Positions 20,727 to 30,462 of a stretch of 64,000 nucleotides of DNA are shown here, piece by piece; position 1 is the stretch's first letter, and the number at the start of each line of letters is the position of its first letter. Source of the stretch: Opitutales bacterium (lineage in GTDB: Bacteria > Verrucomicrobiota > Verrucomicrobiia > Opitutales > PNEW01). A program made the position numbers and the translations under genes. The notes under the pieces were generated by a model. That model saw only the letters and a list, made by a program, of their open reading frames with translations, was not told the origin of the DNA and searched no databases. Location of the stretch: assembly GCA_965197745.1 (NCBI GenBank), contig CBDANS010000006.1:832001-896000 (forward strand), read 5' to 3'.

Positions 20727-23003
20727 TTAACCTTCAGTTTGCTCATCGCGTTTTTTCCCGAATATGTGAAACCCTTTTTGCTTTTTCTCCACGGGAGGAG
20801 CAACGGCGTCCATATCATACGTTCCTTGTTCGGCTTTACGCTGTTTTTTTCCTGATTTTGGTTTTGGCGTCAATTTGTCGATCTTATGCTGCAATTCAGC
20901 TTCTATAATCATGCGATTTGCTGCTTTTTTAGCTGCACGAATATCCGCATGTAACTGCGCCTCCGTATCCGACACCTCGTATCCCGGAACTTCACTGGGG
21001 GTAATTCCCATATCACTGAGCACACGCGGGCTGAAGATATCCTCGTAGGTGCTTCCATCTGGATTCAACGTTCTGGCAGTAATGAATATGATCAAATTGC
21101 GTTTAGATTCAACATCGCCTCTACTGCGGAAAAGTCTTCCTACTATCGGAATCTCCCCGATTACCGGCACTTTGTTCGAACTATTAGCTACTGTTTTCTC
21201 GATTAAACCGCCGATGGCCAGTGTAAAACCGTCTTTGATCGTGATGGTACTTTCGGTTCGTCGGGAAGTAATAACGGGAATGAGGGCTCCTCCAGCGCCA
21301 CCAAAACTAATCTTCTCTTTTTCACTACTCACCTCTGGCTGGATATCAAGACTGATAAATCCCGCGCTATTTACTTGAGGGGTTACCTTAAGGTTGATGC
21401 CGATGTCAAGGTACTCGAATCCACTCACTTCAAAAGTACCGCGTTCATCATTATAACTATACTCAGGAATTGGGAAGCGGTCACCAATGGCGATGAGCGC
21501 CGGCGTGTTATTAACAGTTACTACGGTGGGATTAGAAATGAGTTCAGTATCGCTGAATTCACTCAAAAAGCTTAAAACTACATTAAAGGAATCCGCACTG
21601 AATACCGCTGTATCGAGCCGTCCTTGTACCGCACTATTGACCAGATTAAGCGTTTGATCTATAATATTTGTCGTCGCCACATTTGTCGCTGAGGTATCGG
21701 TTGAAGTAACAACACCATCAGTGTTTGTTCGCGTAAAATCATTTGAATCAGCAACACTGGAGTTAAGCGAATCACCTGCGGTATCACCGCGAGTTTGCGT
21801 TGTATCTTTATTGTATGAACGGTTAAAAGGCCCGGCAGAGATACCGTAGCCTGAGAGCGATGACCAGTTAATTCCCTGATTCCTTTCATCGCGATCAGCC
21901 ACCTCAACAAATTTCGATTCGATCATAACCTGGGCATTCGGTCTGTCCAGACGATCAATGATTGCCTGGATATTGTTAAACTTTGATGGCCGTTCGGTGA
22001 TGACAAGGGAATTGCTGCGAGAGTCGACCTGGATACGGCCGCCCGCTGCCGAGTCTACGAGGGGAGAGATCGATCCCTGCATTTCACCTGCGGAAGCAAA
22101 ATTAATGATAAAGACGCGCGTTTCAACCGGCTCCTGCAAAAGATCTTCCTGGCTTTTAATTTTAATAATATTGCGATCACGGACCCAAGTATAGCCGAGT
22201 GGTTCAAGGACAACATCGAACACCTGCTGCCATGATACATTGCGTAGTTTTAAGGTGGTACTGCCGACGAGGGTGTCGGGGATGACAACATTCAACTCGA
22301 AGAGGTCGGCCACATTGCTGATAATTGTCCGTACTTCCTCATCCGGAAATTCAACGGTGATTGTATCTTCTTCCAGTGAAAGAGCCGCTTCACTCACCTC
22401 CTGCCCCGGGAACTCCAAGGTGACATCCATATCATCAGCCACTCCGACATCGTCAGGGAGATCAAGCATTTCATCCTCCGTGGTAGGCGCATCAAGAGTA
22501 AACTCTTCCATCTCATCGTCGAAGAAGGTCTCGGGTTCCTCCGGTATTTCAAGCGACATATCATCAATCTCGTCAACCATTGACTCTTCTTCTATTTCAT
22601 CATCAAAGAAGGTCTCGGGCTCCTCCGGCGTCTCAAACGACATATCGTTAAACTCGTCAATCAATGACTCTTCTTCCATTTCATCGTCAAAGAAGGTCTC
22701 GGGCTGACTGTCTATCTCCGTTAGTTCCTCAGTCATTTCCATGTCCATCTCTGGAAATTCGGATTCTATATCGGCCGCCATCGTGTCCGTATCAACAGGT
22801 TCCGCGTCTACAGGTTCCATTTCCATTTCCTCTGTATCTACGGCTGCAGATTCGTCATCGATCATCTCCTATCCGTTCTCGGCTAAGATATCTGAAACTT
22901 CTTCGGTTTCGGGTTCAGACTCAGCATTCGTATTTTCCTGGCTCCAAACCGGGAGAACAAAAGAGAGAAAAATCAAAGTTATGAGTAGTTTTTTGGAGTT
23001 CAT
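20727..23003 (-). pseudogene. Outer-membrane secretin (PilQ/GspD family) with an in-frame TAG at 22869-22871 after the signal peptide
   Basis: ATG at 23003 gives MNSKKLLITLIFLSFVLPVWSQ (signal peptide)...AENG*EMIDDE, in frame with the secretin body (QVMIESKFVE, GINLKVTPQV, KVPVIGEIPIVGRLFR, LIIFIT). Confidence 0.85.
22504..22704 (-). repeat. 84-bp (28-aa) tandem repeat, about 2.4 copies, in the acidic N-terminal region of the secretin
   Basis: gaaggtctcggg recurs at 22524, 22608 and 22692. The unit is approximately PETFFDDEMEEESLIDEFNDMSFETPEE. Confidence 0.9.
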
Positions 23004-23060
23004 AATACGTACTTTGTTATAGTTATGTATATATAGCAGTGGGATATGGGGATTTATTGC

Positions 23061-23609
23061 TTAATTAAGGCTACTATCGCGCGTTACTCTTCCTTTTGAG
23101 CGAGCTTCCATAAAGCTGCTCGTTATTTTGGATTGATTGAGGCTTAGGGTAAAATCGCGACCTGTTATTTCGGAAATTTTTACATTATAAGTTTTACCTC
23201 TCATCTTCGCGGGAATGACATTTCCTTCTTGAAGCTTCGCTCCATTTTCGAGGATGAGAATACGTTTTTTCCCCAGGATGAGGCTTCCTTTAGGTTTTAA
23301 ACTGTTTGCAACTTTCTGTAAGACGATCTTATCGGACAATAGACGCTCCTGGGTTTTTCTTACCACTATTTTCGGTTTATCTTTTTGCGGTTCGACATAG
23401 GGTTCAAAAGGATTTCGCCCTTTATTGAAGCGTTCCAGTAGCTCTGGATCTCCCGGGTTTAATATAGCGTCAGCATTGCTCAGGGTATTTTCACGTTTGT
23501 CTTTCAAGGATACACGTTCATCCTGGGCTGAGAGCTTACTGGGCAAACCAAGACTGATCAAAGCGCAATACATAATGATTATATAGAGGGATTCCTTAGT
23601 TATTTTCAT
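23061..23609 (-). CDS. Exported protein in the PilP position of the pilus/secretin operon
   Basis: Signal peptide and an RNPFEP motif reminiscent of the PilP RDPF motif. It lies between the PilO-like gene and the secretin. Confidence 0.55.
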   Translation of the reverse strand: MKITKESLYIIIMYCALISLGLPSKLSAQDERVSLKDKRENTLSNADAILNPGDPELLERFNKGRNPFEPYVEPQKDKPKIVVRKTQERLLSDKIVLQKVANSLKPKGSLILGKKRILILENGAKLQEGNVIPAKMRGKTYNVKISEITGRDFTLSLNQSKITSSFMEARSKGRVTRDSSLN

Positions 23610-24157
23610 TTTACCCCCAACACTGCCATTTTTAAATTTACTTGCACAAGATTGGGTTCTAGTTCACCGACAGCATTACAACTGAATCTATCAATACGCG
23701 TGAAAAACCTCCCATTTTGAAGTTCATAGATAAAATTTAGTATTTCTTTATAGGTTCCTGATGCCGATAAATCATAATATATGGGTGCATAATGTTCGCT
23801 CACTTCATCTTCGACGAGTGGCTTTTGCTGCAGATTTTCCAGCCGAACGCCACTGCGCTGTTCAATTTGGAATAAATACTGATAATTAATTGCCTTATCT
23901 CCCGGGACTAATAAACGTGAATCTATTTCTTCGCTCATCGCAGTAATTTTGTCTATATGCTTTTGCATATCTACGGCACGAAGATCGTTGTTTTGAATTA
24001 CAGACCAGGACGTTTCCTTCTCTTCCAGATTTTCTTTCAAAGTCGGGACTCGGCCACTTCGTAAGTAAATGACCGCTACCAATACCAAAGCAAGCGCTAC
24101 ACTGACAACAGCGAGGGGGTATTGCTTAAGTTTTGCAATTATAGCTTCGGTATTCAT
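23606..24157 (-). CDS. PilO/GspM-like inner-membrane alignment protein
   Basis: N-terminal TM helix, coiled coil, and a ferredoxin-like C-terminus with GTYKEILNFIYEL. Confidence 0.7.
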   Translation of the reverse strand: MNTEAIIAKLKQYPLAVVSVALALVLVAVIYLRSGRVPTLKENLEEKETSWSVIQNNDLRAVDMQKHIDKITAMSEEIDSRLLVPGDKAINYQYLFQIEQRSGVRLENLQQKPLVEDEVSEHYAPIYYDLSASGTYKEILNFIYELQNGRFFTRIDRFSCNAVGELEPNLVQVNLKMAVLGVK

Positions 24158-24790
24158 TCTTCAGGCTTAAGTTCTATAACCATGGTGAAATTAAAAAGGC
24201 CGAGATCATCATCACGCACCATGGAATCCAATTGGGCTTTGTTAAGGATATCCTTAAACATTTCTAAATTTTCTATATTTTTAATGTAGTCATATACTGT
24301 TTGTGTCGCAGTCTCCGCGGTGCCATAGGCGGATCCTCGAATATTTAAGACATGAAGGGTGAATGTCTTTTTCCCCTCTGAGACCTCTTTAATGACGTAA
24401 GATATCTCTTTGAGAAGCATGGGGGGGGGGGAGCGTTTCTCCCAGATAAGAGAGGAAATCCGAAGGGTTGATCGGTGAATCAACAAATTCTTCCAGTTCT
24501 CTGACTTTCTTCGAGACATTATCAAACTTGGAACTGAAGTTCAGGTTCTTGCTGTTCTCTGAACTCTTTGCATTAATTTTTGATTCTAATTCGGTTATTT
24601 CTGAGCCAAGAGCATACCCGCCATACTCATTATAGATCAGGTAAAAAAATAATGCTAAAGCGATCGTTACCGATAATATATTCACAAAGAAGTCCGTCCG
24701 GATAACCTTTATATCCGGTAGGGCATCGCTATTGCGAAAATCAGGATGCCAGTTAGGTTGGATAACCTTTTTAGCTTTAGTTAGCGCCAT
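24154..24790 (-). pseudogene. PilN-like protein frameshifted at a G11 tract (24421-24431)
   Basis: ORFs 24389..24790 (TM + coiled coil) and 24154..24525 join into 211 aa (...GETLPPPMLLKEISY...) if the tract is G10. Confidence 0.75.
24421..24431. repeat. G11 homopolymer
   Basis: Eleven consecutive G, located at the frameshift of the PilN-like gene. Confidence 0.95.
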
Positions 24791-25549
24791 CCTCAGGTAT
24801 GCTGTAATTACCCATCAAGCTAAAGAGACTGAGCCAGCGGCTGTCGAGGTTCTCTAGCTGTACTTCGTCACTAACACTGACGCCCATCGACTGTAACCAG
24901 CCTGGGTAATCTAGATGTAATACCTCCACCCCTAAAGAACGGGATAAGGTCTGGTGAATCCAGTTTAGGTTTTTCGGTAATAGCGTAAGGAAAATTTGTC
25001 CAATAGTCTGACCCGTTTGCACTTCATAAAAACCCGTGGACGATTGCAGCTCTTTGAGCATTTTATTGAGCAGGGCCGAACCCATCTCGGTAAAGTCAAA
25101 GGTGTCTGAGTAAAAAAGTTTTTTCGCCGACTCCTCGTCTTTAAGATCAAGCTCTTTCTGAATAACCGGAAACATCCCATTCAATCCGTAGGGATAGGCC
25201 GTGTTACATCTACTTTTTCACTGTTAAGGATAAAGACGTTTGAATTTGTTGAAGTAATCTCAAGGACCAGCGTTGGCATTCCAATTTTTTTAAAGCGGGA
25301 ATAATTTACTAACCCGCCCAGACTACTTAATGATCCCAACTCTATCCGCTCGGGATAAACGCCATACTTAATAATCTTTTCCTGCTCGGCGTTTAAATCT
25401 TCGGTCTGGGCACCACAGAGGACAAGTTCCTTTTGGTTTTGCACACCCTTATCTAAATCGAATTCACTGCCATCAACTGCATTCACGACAGAAGTAAGAT
25501 TTTTACTGGGATCAATGCGAAATTAGTCGTTTAACAAATTAAAAAAATA
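24777..25549 (-). pseudogene. PilM-position (actin-like fold) protein remnant: 5' end missing, TAA at 25523-25525, 1-bp deletion near 25191
   Basis: Reads YFFNLLND*FRIDPSKNLTSVVNAVDG...DVTRPIP, then continues in a shifted frame as YGLNGMFPVIQKEL...ELQSSTGFYEVQTGQ. No start codon or recognisable coding signal lies upstream. Confidence 0.7.
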
Positions 25550-26301
25550 TGAGCTTCTTGAACGATAGCGCTTATAATAATAAGACTGTATAAGATATTA
25601 TGCAAAGAAGAGAACCATTATAAAATATTTTTTCATCAAAACACAAGTTTTTTCCCAATATGAAATTACGTATATCTGAATGGGTATAATTATATTTTAA
25701 CTGTTTTTCCATTGATATTAAAGATGAAAGCAATCTCCACAGTTGCAGATTACAATAGGTCTTAACCGGATTTTAAAACGAAAGAAATCAGACCTTTGAA
25801 TTAAAATTCACCTGAATCCCGGTTGTTTATAATTGTGAATGAGTTTTTTACTCTTCTCTAAGGGAAATTATATAAAGTTAATTTTTATGAATGTATATCC
25901 GATAATAATGAACCATTCGATTAATGCTGCATCTAAAGCTGAAACCGCTTTTCGCTTTTCTTGAGCGCTGAAGAATTTCAGATCATAATACTTAAGCGGA
26001 ACAATATTTCAATTTCCAGGATGATATGAATACAGAAAATGATTCGTTCTATTTAGGTCTTCGAAAATCTACAGATGAAGGACCATGCAAAAAGTAATTT
26101 GTGTGCGGGGTATTGCTATTGTTCTTGTAAATGATTTTTACAAAGAAGCACCCTCGGCAAAAACCCGCTTACCTTAATCTCGGGCAGTAGTCGGCTTGAG
26201 TCCATCTTGTGACAACATCGATCATAACAAGTGATGCCCCAATCGGAGACAAACTTTATTCAAACGAGCTCGATCAATAATATATTTAACGCCGTAAATT
26301 T

Positions 26302-26964
26302 TTACCTGCGTGACAGCGCAAAAAGGTAAAGTAGATTTCCCAAGGATGCGATAAAGGCAGCCACATAGGTAAATCCTGCCGCATCCAAAGTTTTACTTAC
26401 CCCTGGAATTTCTGAAGGATCAATAATTCCCAGATTCGGCAATTGGGCTTTAGCGCGCCTGCTCGCATCAAATTCTACAGGAAGCGTTACCAGCTGGAAG
26501 ACGGTTAATACAAGATAAACGAAGATGCCCAACTTGATCAGCCCAAGGATGCCAAAGAAAAAACCACCGATGATTACAAATGGCAGCAATCGAGAGGCAA
26601 AGTTCGTAATCGGAATCAGGGCCATACGTAATTGAAGTGCTTTGTAACCTGCTTTGTGCTGAATAGCGTGCCCAGCCTCGTGGGCGGCAACACCCAAAGC
26701 CGCTAAACTCGTGCCCTTATAATTCTGTTCACTTAAAGCAAGGCGTTTATTTACGGGATCATAATGATCGGTTAAATGACCACGAATGGCGACGATATTA
26801 ACATCATCAATGCCTGCGTTTCGCATTACATAAGCGGCAGCTTCTCGCCCGGTAATTCGACTGCGGGAATTCACTTGAGAATATTTATTATAAGTACTGG
26901 ACACCTTTGCCTGCGCCCACATACCGATAATCAATGGGACAATAAGAAATAATAGAAAGTTCAT
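26302..26964 (-). CDS. Membrane zinc metallopeptidase (YugP/Zn_peptidase_2 family)
   Basis: LTDHYDP, AAHEAGHAIQH, TLPVEFDASRRA and AAGFTYVAA motifs. The start is placed at MNFLLF. Confidence 0.92.
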   Translation of the reverse strand: MNFLLFLIVPLIIGMWAQAKVSSTYNKYSQVNSRSRITGREAAAYVMRNAGIDDVNIVAIRGHLTDHYDPVNKRLALSEQNYKGTSLAALGVAAHEAGHAIQHKAGYKALQLRMALIPITNFASRLLPFVIIGGFFFGILGLIKLGIFVYLVLTVFQLVTLPVEFDASRRAKAQLPNLGIIDPSEIPGVSKTLDAAGFTYVAAFIASLGNLLYLFALSRR

Positions 26965-27108
26965 TGCTCTATAGTTATTTATACAGGGGATAAAACAATC
27001 TGTTCCCCTATCCAGCAAGTCAAGCCAAAGAACCTCTCAATAGTATGCGTTAAAGAGACGTAATTATGCTGGGTTAAAGCTTGAGAAGCAGCATTAAAAA
27101 CCTCCCTT

Positions 27109-29235
27109 TTATCTAGCCAACCCGTCTCTAATAAGGAGCGCCTTTAGATCCGGATCTCGTCCCATAAAATCCTTAAATAGTTTGGACGGATCTTCTAAAT
27201 TACCTTTATTGAGGATTTTTTCCTTGAATTCGCGCCCCACGCACGGACTTAGAACACCTTCAGTTTTAAAACGCGTGAAAGCATCGGCATCGAGCACTTC
27301 GGCCCATTTGTAAGAATAATAGCCAGAGGCATAACCGACGCTGCTGGCAAACAAATGAGTGAAACGCCGGATTATTGTAGGTGGTTTAGTTTTGCTTGGC
27401 GCATGATAAAGCGCGAGCATCTCTTCCAAAATGGAATCAAGATCACGCTCCGCAAATTGCGGAAAATGCATATGTAACTCCAAATCCATTTTCGCGAAAG
27501 ATAATTGACGCATCATGATACGCGCGGATTGAAAATTTCGGGCGCGAATCATTTTATTATACAGTTTGTCAGGTATTGTCTTACCCGTCTTATAATGACG
27601 CGCAAATAGATCCAGACTTTGACGCTCCCAACACCAATTTTCCATAATCTGTGAAGGTAATTCGACAAAATCCCATGCGACATTGACGCCATTCATCGAT
27701 TTAATTTCCGCTTCACCAAGGATGTGATGCAAAAGATGACCAAATTCGTGAAAGATGGTACTTACTTCGTCATGTGTGAGGAGAGCAGGTTTATCACCGA
27801 CCGAAGAAGTCAAATTTCCACATATAAGTCCGAGATGCGGATCACGTTTGTTTTTTGCATGATTTATATCCCCCGTAATTAGATAATTCATCCACGCTCC
27901 GCCACGCTTGGATTCACGAGGGTGCCAGTCAGCGTAAAATGATCCAAGATGCCGATCGTCATGATTGTAGACTTCATAATATTTTACCTCTGGATGCCAT
28001 ACCTCTACCGGTTTCATCCAGGGTGAATAAGTATCGGGTTTAGGTCTTTCATTTTTATTTTTACTATTTGGATAAAGAGCCGGGCACTCTTTAATCTTTA
28101 ACTCAAAGATTGATTCAAAGAGGGTAAACATACCTTTTATTACGCGGTCGATCGGAAAATAGGGGCGCAGTTCCTCTTCATTGAAGTCATAACGTTCTTT
28201 TCGCAATTTTTCTGACCAATATAAAAGATCCCAAGGTTCGATTGGTTCTTTAGATGATCCCGTCTTTTCCGCCTTGAATAATTCCAGCTCTTCACACTCC
28301 TTATCAAAGGTTTCTTTAATACGGCCATGTAAATCATCGATGAACCCAAGTGCCGTAGCCCCGTTCCTCGCCATACGTCGCTCTAAAATGAGATCGGCAA
28401 AATTTTCTTTACCCAGCAGTTTCGCTTTCTCTTCGCGCAAAGCCAGGCTTTTCCAGATTAATTCGCTATTATCGAAAGGTTCAGTGTGGCCAATCGCCGC
28501 GAAGGATTCCCATAGTTTTTTACGAATACGGTCACTCTCCAGATACTTCATTGAGGGGAGAAAAGAAGGGGTGTGTAAGGTAAATCGCCACTTGGGTTGT
28601 TCTTCCGAGCCGATGCCTTTATTTAAAGCACTTTGATGTGCAGCTTCTTTTGCGGTGGGGGGCAGTCCTTCGAGCAAAGCCTCATCATCCAGTATCAACT
28701 CATAATCATTCGTGGAATCTAAAACATTTTCAGAATATTTTTGCGTAACTTGCGCCAGTTCCTTTTCCAATTTTTCCAGAGATTGTTTCTTATCCAGAGG
28801 AAGATCTGCCCCGTGTTCGCGAAATTCTGCCATCGTCTCATTAATAAAACGTTTCTTCACCCCTCGGGAATTCCTGGCGTCATTAGTCTGTGCATATATC
28901 TTCAAATCCGACCACAGTTCGGCATTGAGAGATATCCTGGCGTAGAACTCGGATACTTCAGGTAGTAATTCATTATAAACTTTTCGAAGTTCTGGAGAAT
29001 TACACACCGCGTCCAAATGATTCACTATTCCCCAGGCTACATTAAGCTGCTCTGTCGCTTCTTCGAGGGCAAGAAAACTACTTTGGAAAGTGATGCGATC
29101 TTTATCCTGTACGCAGATTTCATCTATACTATTCTGTGCTTCCATTAATGCCGTCTCAATTCCAGACTTAACATAATCTGTCATTAAAAGTGACCAATGA
29201 ATATCGAATGAAATCTCGAGAAACGGATTATTCAT
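27109..29235 (-). CDS. prlC: M3 family oligopeptidase A
   Basis: KRGGAWM, FHEFGHLLH, WDFVELPSQIMENW and GYYSYKWAEVLDADAF motifs. Confidence 0.93.
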   Translation of the reverse strand: MNNPFLEISFDIHWSLLMTDYVKSGIETALMEAQNSIDEICVQDKDRITFQSSFLALEEATEQLNVAWGIVNHLDAVCNSPELRKVYNELLPEVSEFYARISLNAELWSDLKIYAQTNDARNSRGVKKRFINETMAEFREHGADLPLDKKQSLEKLEKELAQVTQKYSENVLDSTNDYELILDDEALLEGLPPTAKEAAHQSALNKGIGSEEQPKWRFTLHTPSFLPSMKYLESDRIRKKLWESFAAIGHTEPFDNSELIWKSLALREEKAKLLGKENFADLILERRMARNGATALGFIDDLHGRIKETFDKECEELELFKAEKTGSSKEPIEPWDLLYWSEKLRKERYDFNEEELRPYFPIDRVIKGMFTLFESIFELKIKECPALYPNSKNKNERPKPDTYSPWMKPVEVWHPEVKYYEVYNHDDRHLGSFYADWHPRESKRGGAWMNYLITGDINHAKNKRDPHLGLICGNLTSSVGDKPALLTHDEVSTIFHEFGHLLHHILGEAEIKSMNGVNVAWDFVELPSQIMENWCWERQSLDLFARHYKTGKTIPDKLYNKMIRARNFQSARIMMRQLSFAKMDLELHMHFPQFAERDLDSILEEMLALYHAPSKTKPPTIIRRFTHLFASSVGYASGYYSYKWAEVLDADAFTRFKTEGVLSPCVGREFKEKILNKGNLEDPSKLFKDFMGRDPDLKALLIRDGLAR

Positions 29236-29329
29236 AGTTCTCTTCTACCTGGTTTCAATACAATCTGAATCATTCATTATAAAGTTTATCCAATAATTAA
29301 TAACTGAGCAGAATATTTTATTTAAGGCC

Positions 29330-30208
29330 TTATATCCTACCCTCGTCAAAAGATAAATTATTCCAGTTTTTTCTTAAGGATTCAGGGGTAGCGCCGCTCG
29401 CTCTCAATGCTTGCAAGCTAAGTGCATCATGCCGTTTTGCCAACCTTTTACCGTTTTCGTCACAAAGTAATGGGCAATGGTAAAAAGCGGGTGGGGTCCA
29501 GTTTAAAGCACGATAAAGCAGCAGTTGGCGTGCAGTGGAGAGTAATAGGTCTTCCCCTCTTACGATTTCAGTTATTCCCATATATTGATCATCGGTGACC
29601 ACCGCCATTTCATAAGATGGAAATCCATCTTTGCGCCAGACAATGAAATCTCCGAAATCTATTCCCGCTATAAACTCAATTTCACCTGCCATCTCATCAA
29701 TAAATCGAATAGCTTCACCATCAGGAACGCGAAAACGCCAATTTGTTTTACTGGGCGTTGAACGGTGATCAACAGATTTTTCCGGCGGGCGAAGAGAGGT
29801 TGGAAAAATCGGGTCAGATTTATCTTGGTGAGGCGCACTGAGAGCATTTAGAACGTCTTTTCGAGAATGTGAGCTTGGATAAATAGCACCAGCTTTATTC
29901 AACTTATCCCATACTTCCCGATAATATGATAAGCGTTTACTTTGATCATAAGGAGCGTGTGCTCCTCCCACGTCAGGACCTTCATCCCATTCAATACCAA
30001 ACCATCGCAAATCTTCGAAGATGATTTTCGTAAACTCGGGTTTACAACGCGAGTAATCTATATCTTCATTGCGATATACAAGCGTTCCGTTTGAATTTCT
30101 GGTTCGTTCCTGTGCCATCCAAAATGTACTTGCATGACCTAAATGCAGATGGCCGGAAGGAGAGGGCGCGATGCGCCCCCTGTATGATTCATTAAGGGGA
30201 AAGTTCAC
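29330..30208 (-). CDS. gluQ: Glutamyl-queuosine tRNA(Asp) synthetase
   Basis: GRIAPSPSGHLHLGH, RGEDLL and RLAKR motifs. At 292 aa it lacks the anticodon-binding domain. Confidence 0.9.
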   Translation of the reverse strand: MNFPLNESYRGRIAPSPSGHLHLGHASTFWMAQERTRNSNGTLVYRNEDIDYSRCKPEFTKIIFEDLRWFGIEWDEGPDVGGAHAPYDQSKRLSYYREVWDKLNKAGAIYPSSHSRKDVLNALSAPHQDKSDPIFPTSLRPPEKSVDHRSTPSKTNWRFRVPDGEAIRFIDEMAGEIEFIAGIDFGDFIVWRKDGFPSYEMAVVTDDQYMGITEIVRGEDLLLSTARQLLLYRALNWTPPAFYHCPLLCDENGKRLAKRHDALSLQALRASGATPESLRKNWNNLSFDEGRI

Positions 30209-30462
30209 TTTAGTTGAATCACTTATTTCACAATATCACGGTGGCATTGTAATTTATAACTACAGCTCACTCCTTTGTCTTATAAACTTGCTCTCGACAA
30301 ATTAAATCTTATATACAAATTTAAAAATTGATTTTTCATTAGATTCGTTTGCTTTTGAAATATTCAATGGGATTAATCCATCCCATGGTAAATATTGAAT
30401 CGCAGATGCGGTCGGATTTACCCTTGGCTATAAATAGCTTTCACCTATAAGATTAAATTTTT

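Noticed and set aside
22504..22704. CRISPR array
   Set aside because: The 84-bp units are in-frame coding repeats with similar, not unique, intervening sequence, and no cas genes are present.
20107..25525. Stop-codon reassignment or Sec/Pyl recoding to explain in-frame TGA, TAG and TAA
   Set aside because: All three stop types occur once each, all three terminate normal genes in the window, each is one substitution from the expected codon (GGA, GAG, CAA), and RF1 looks canonical.
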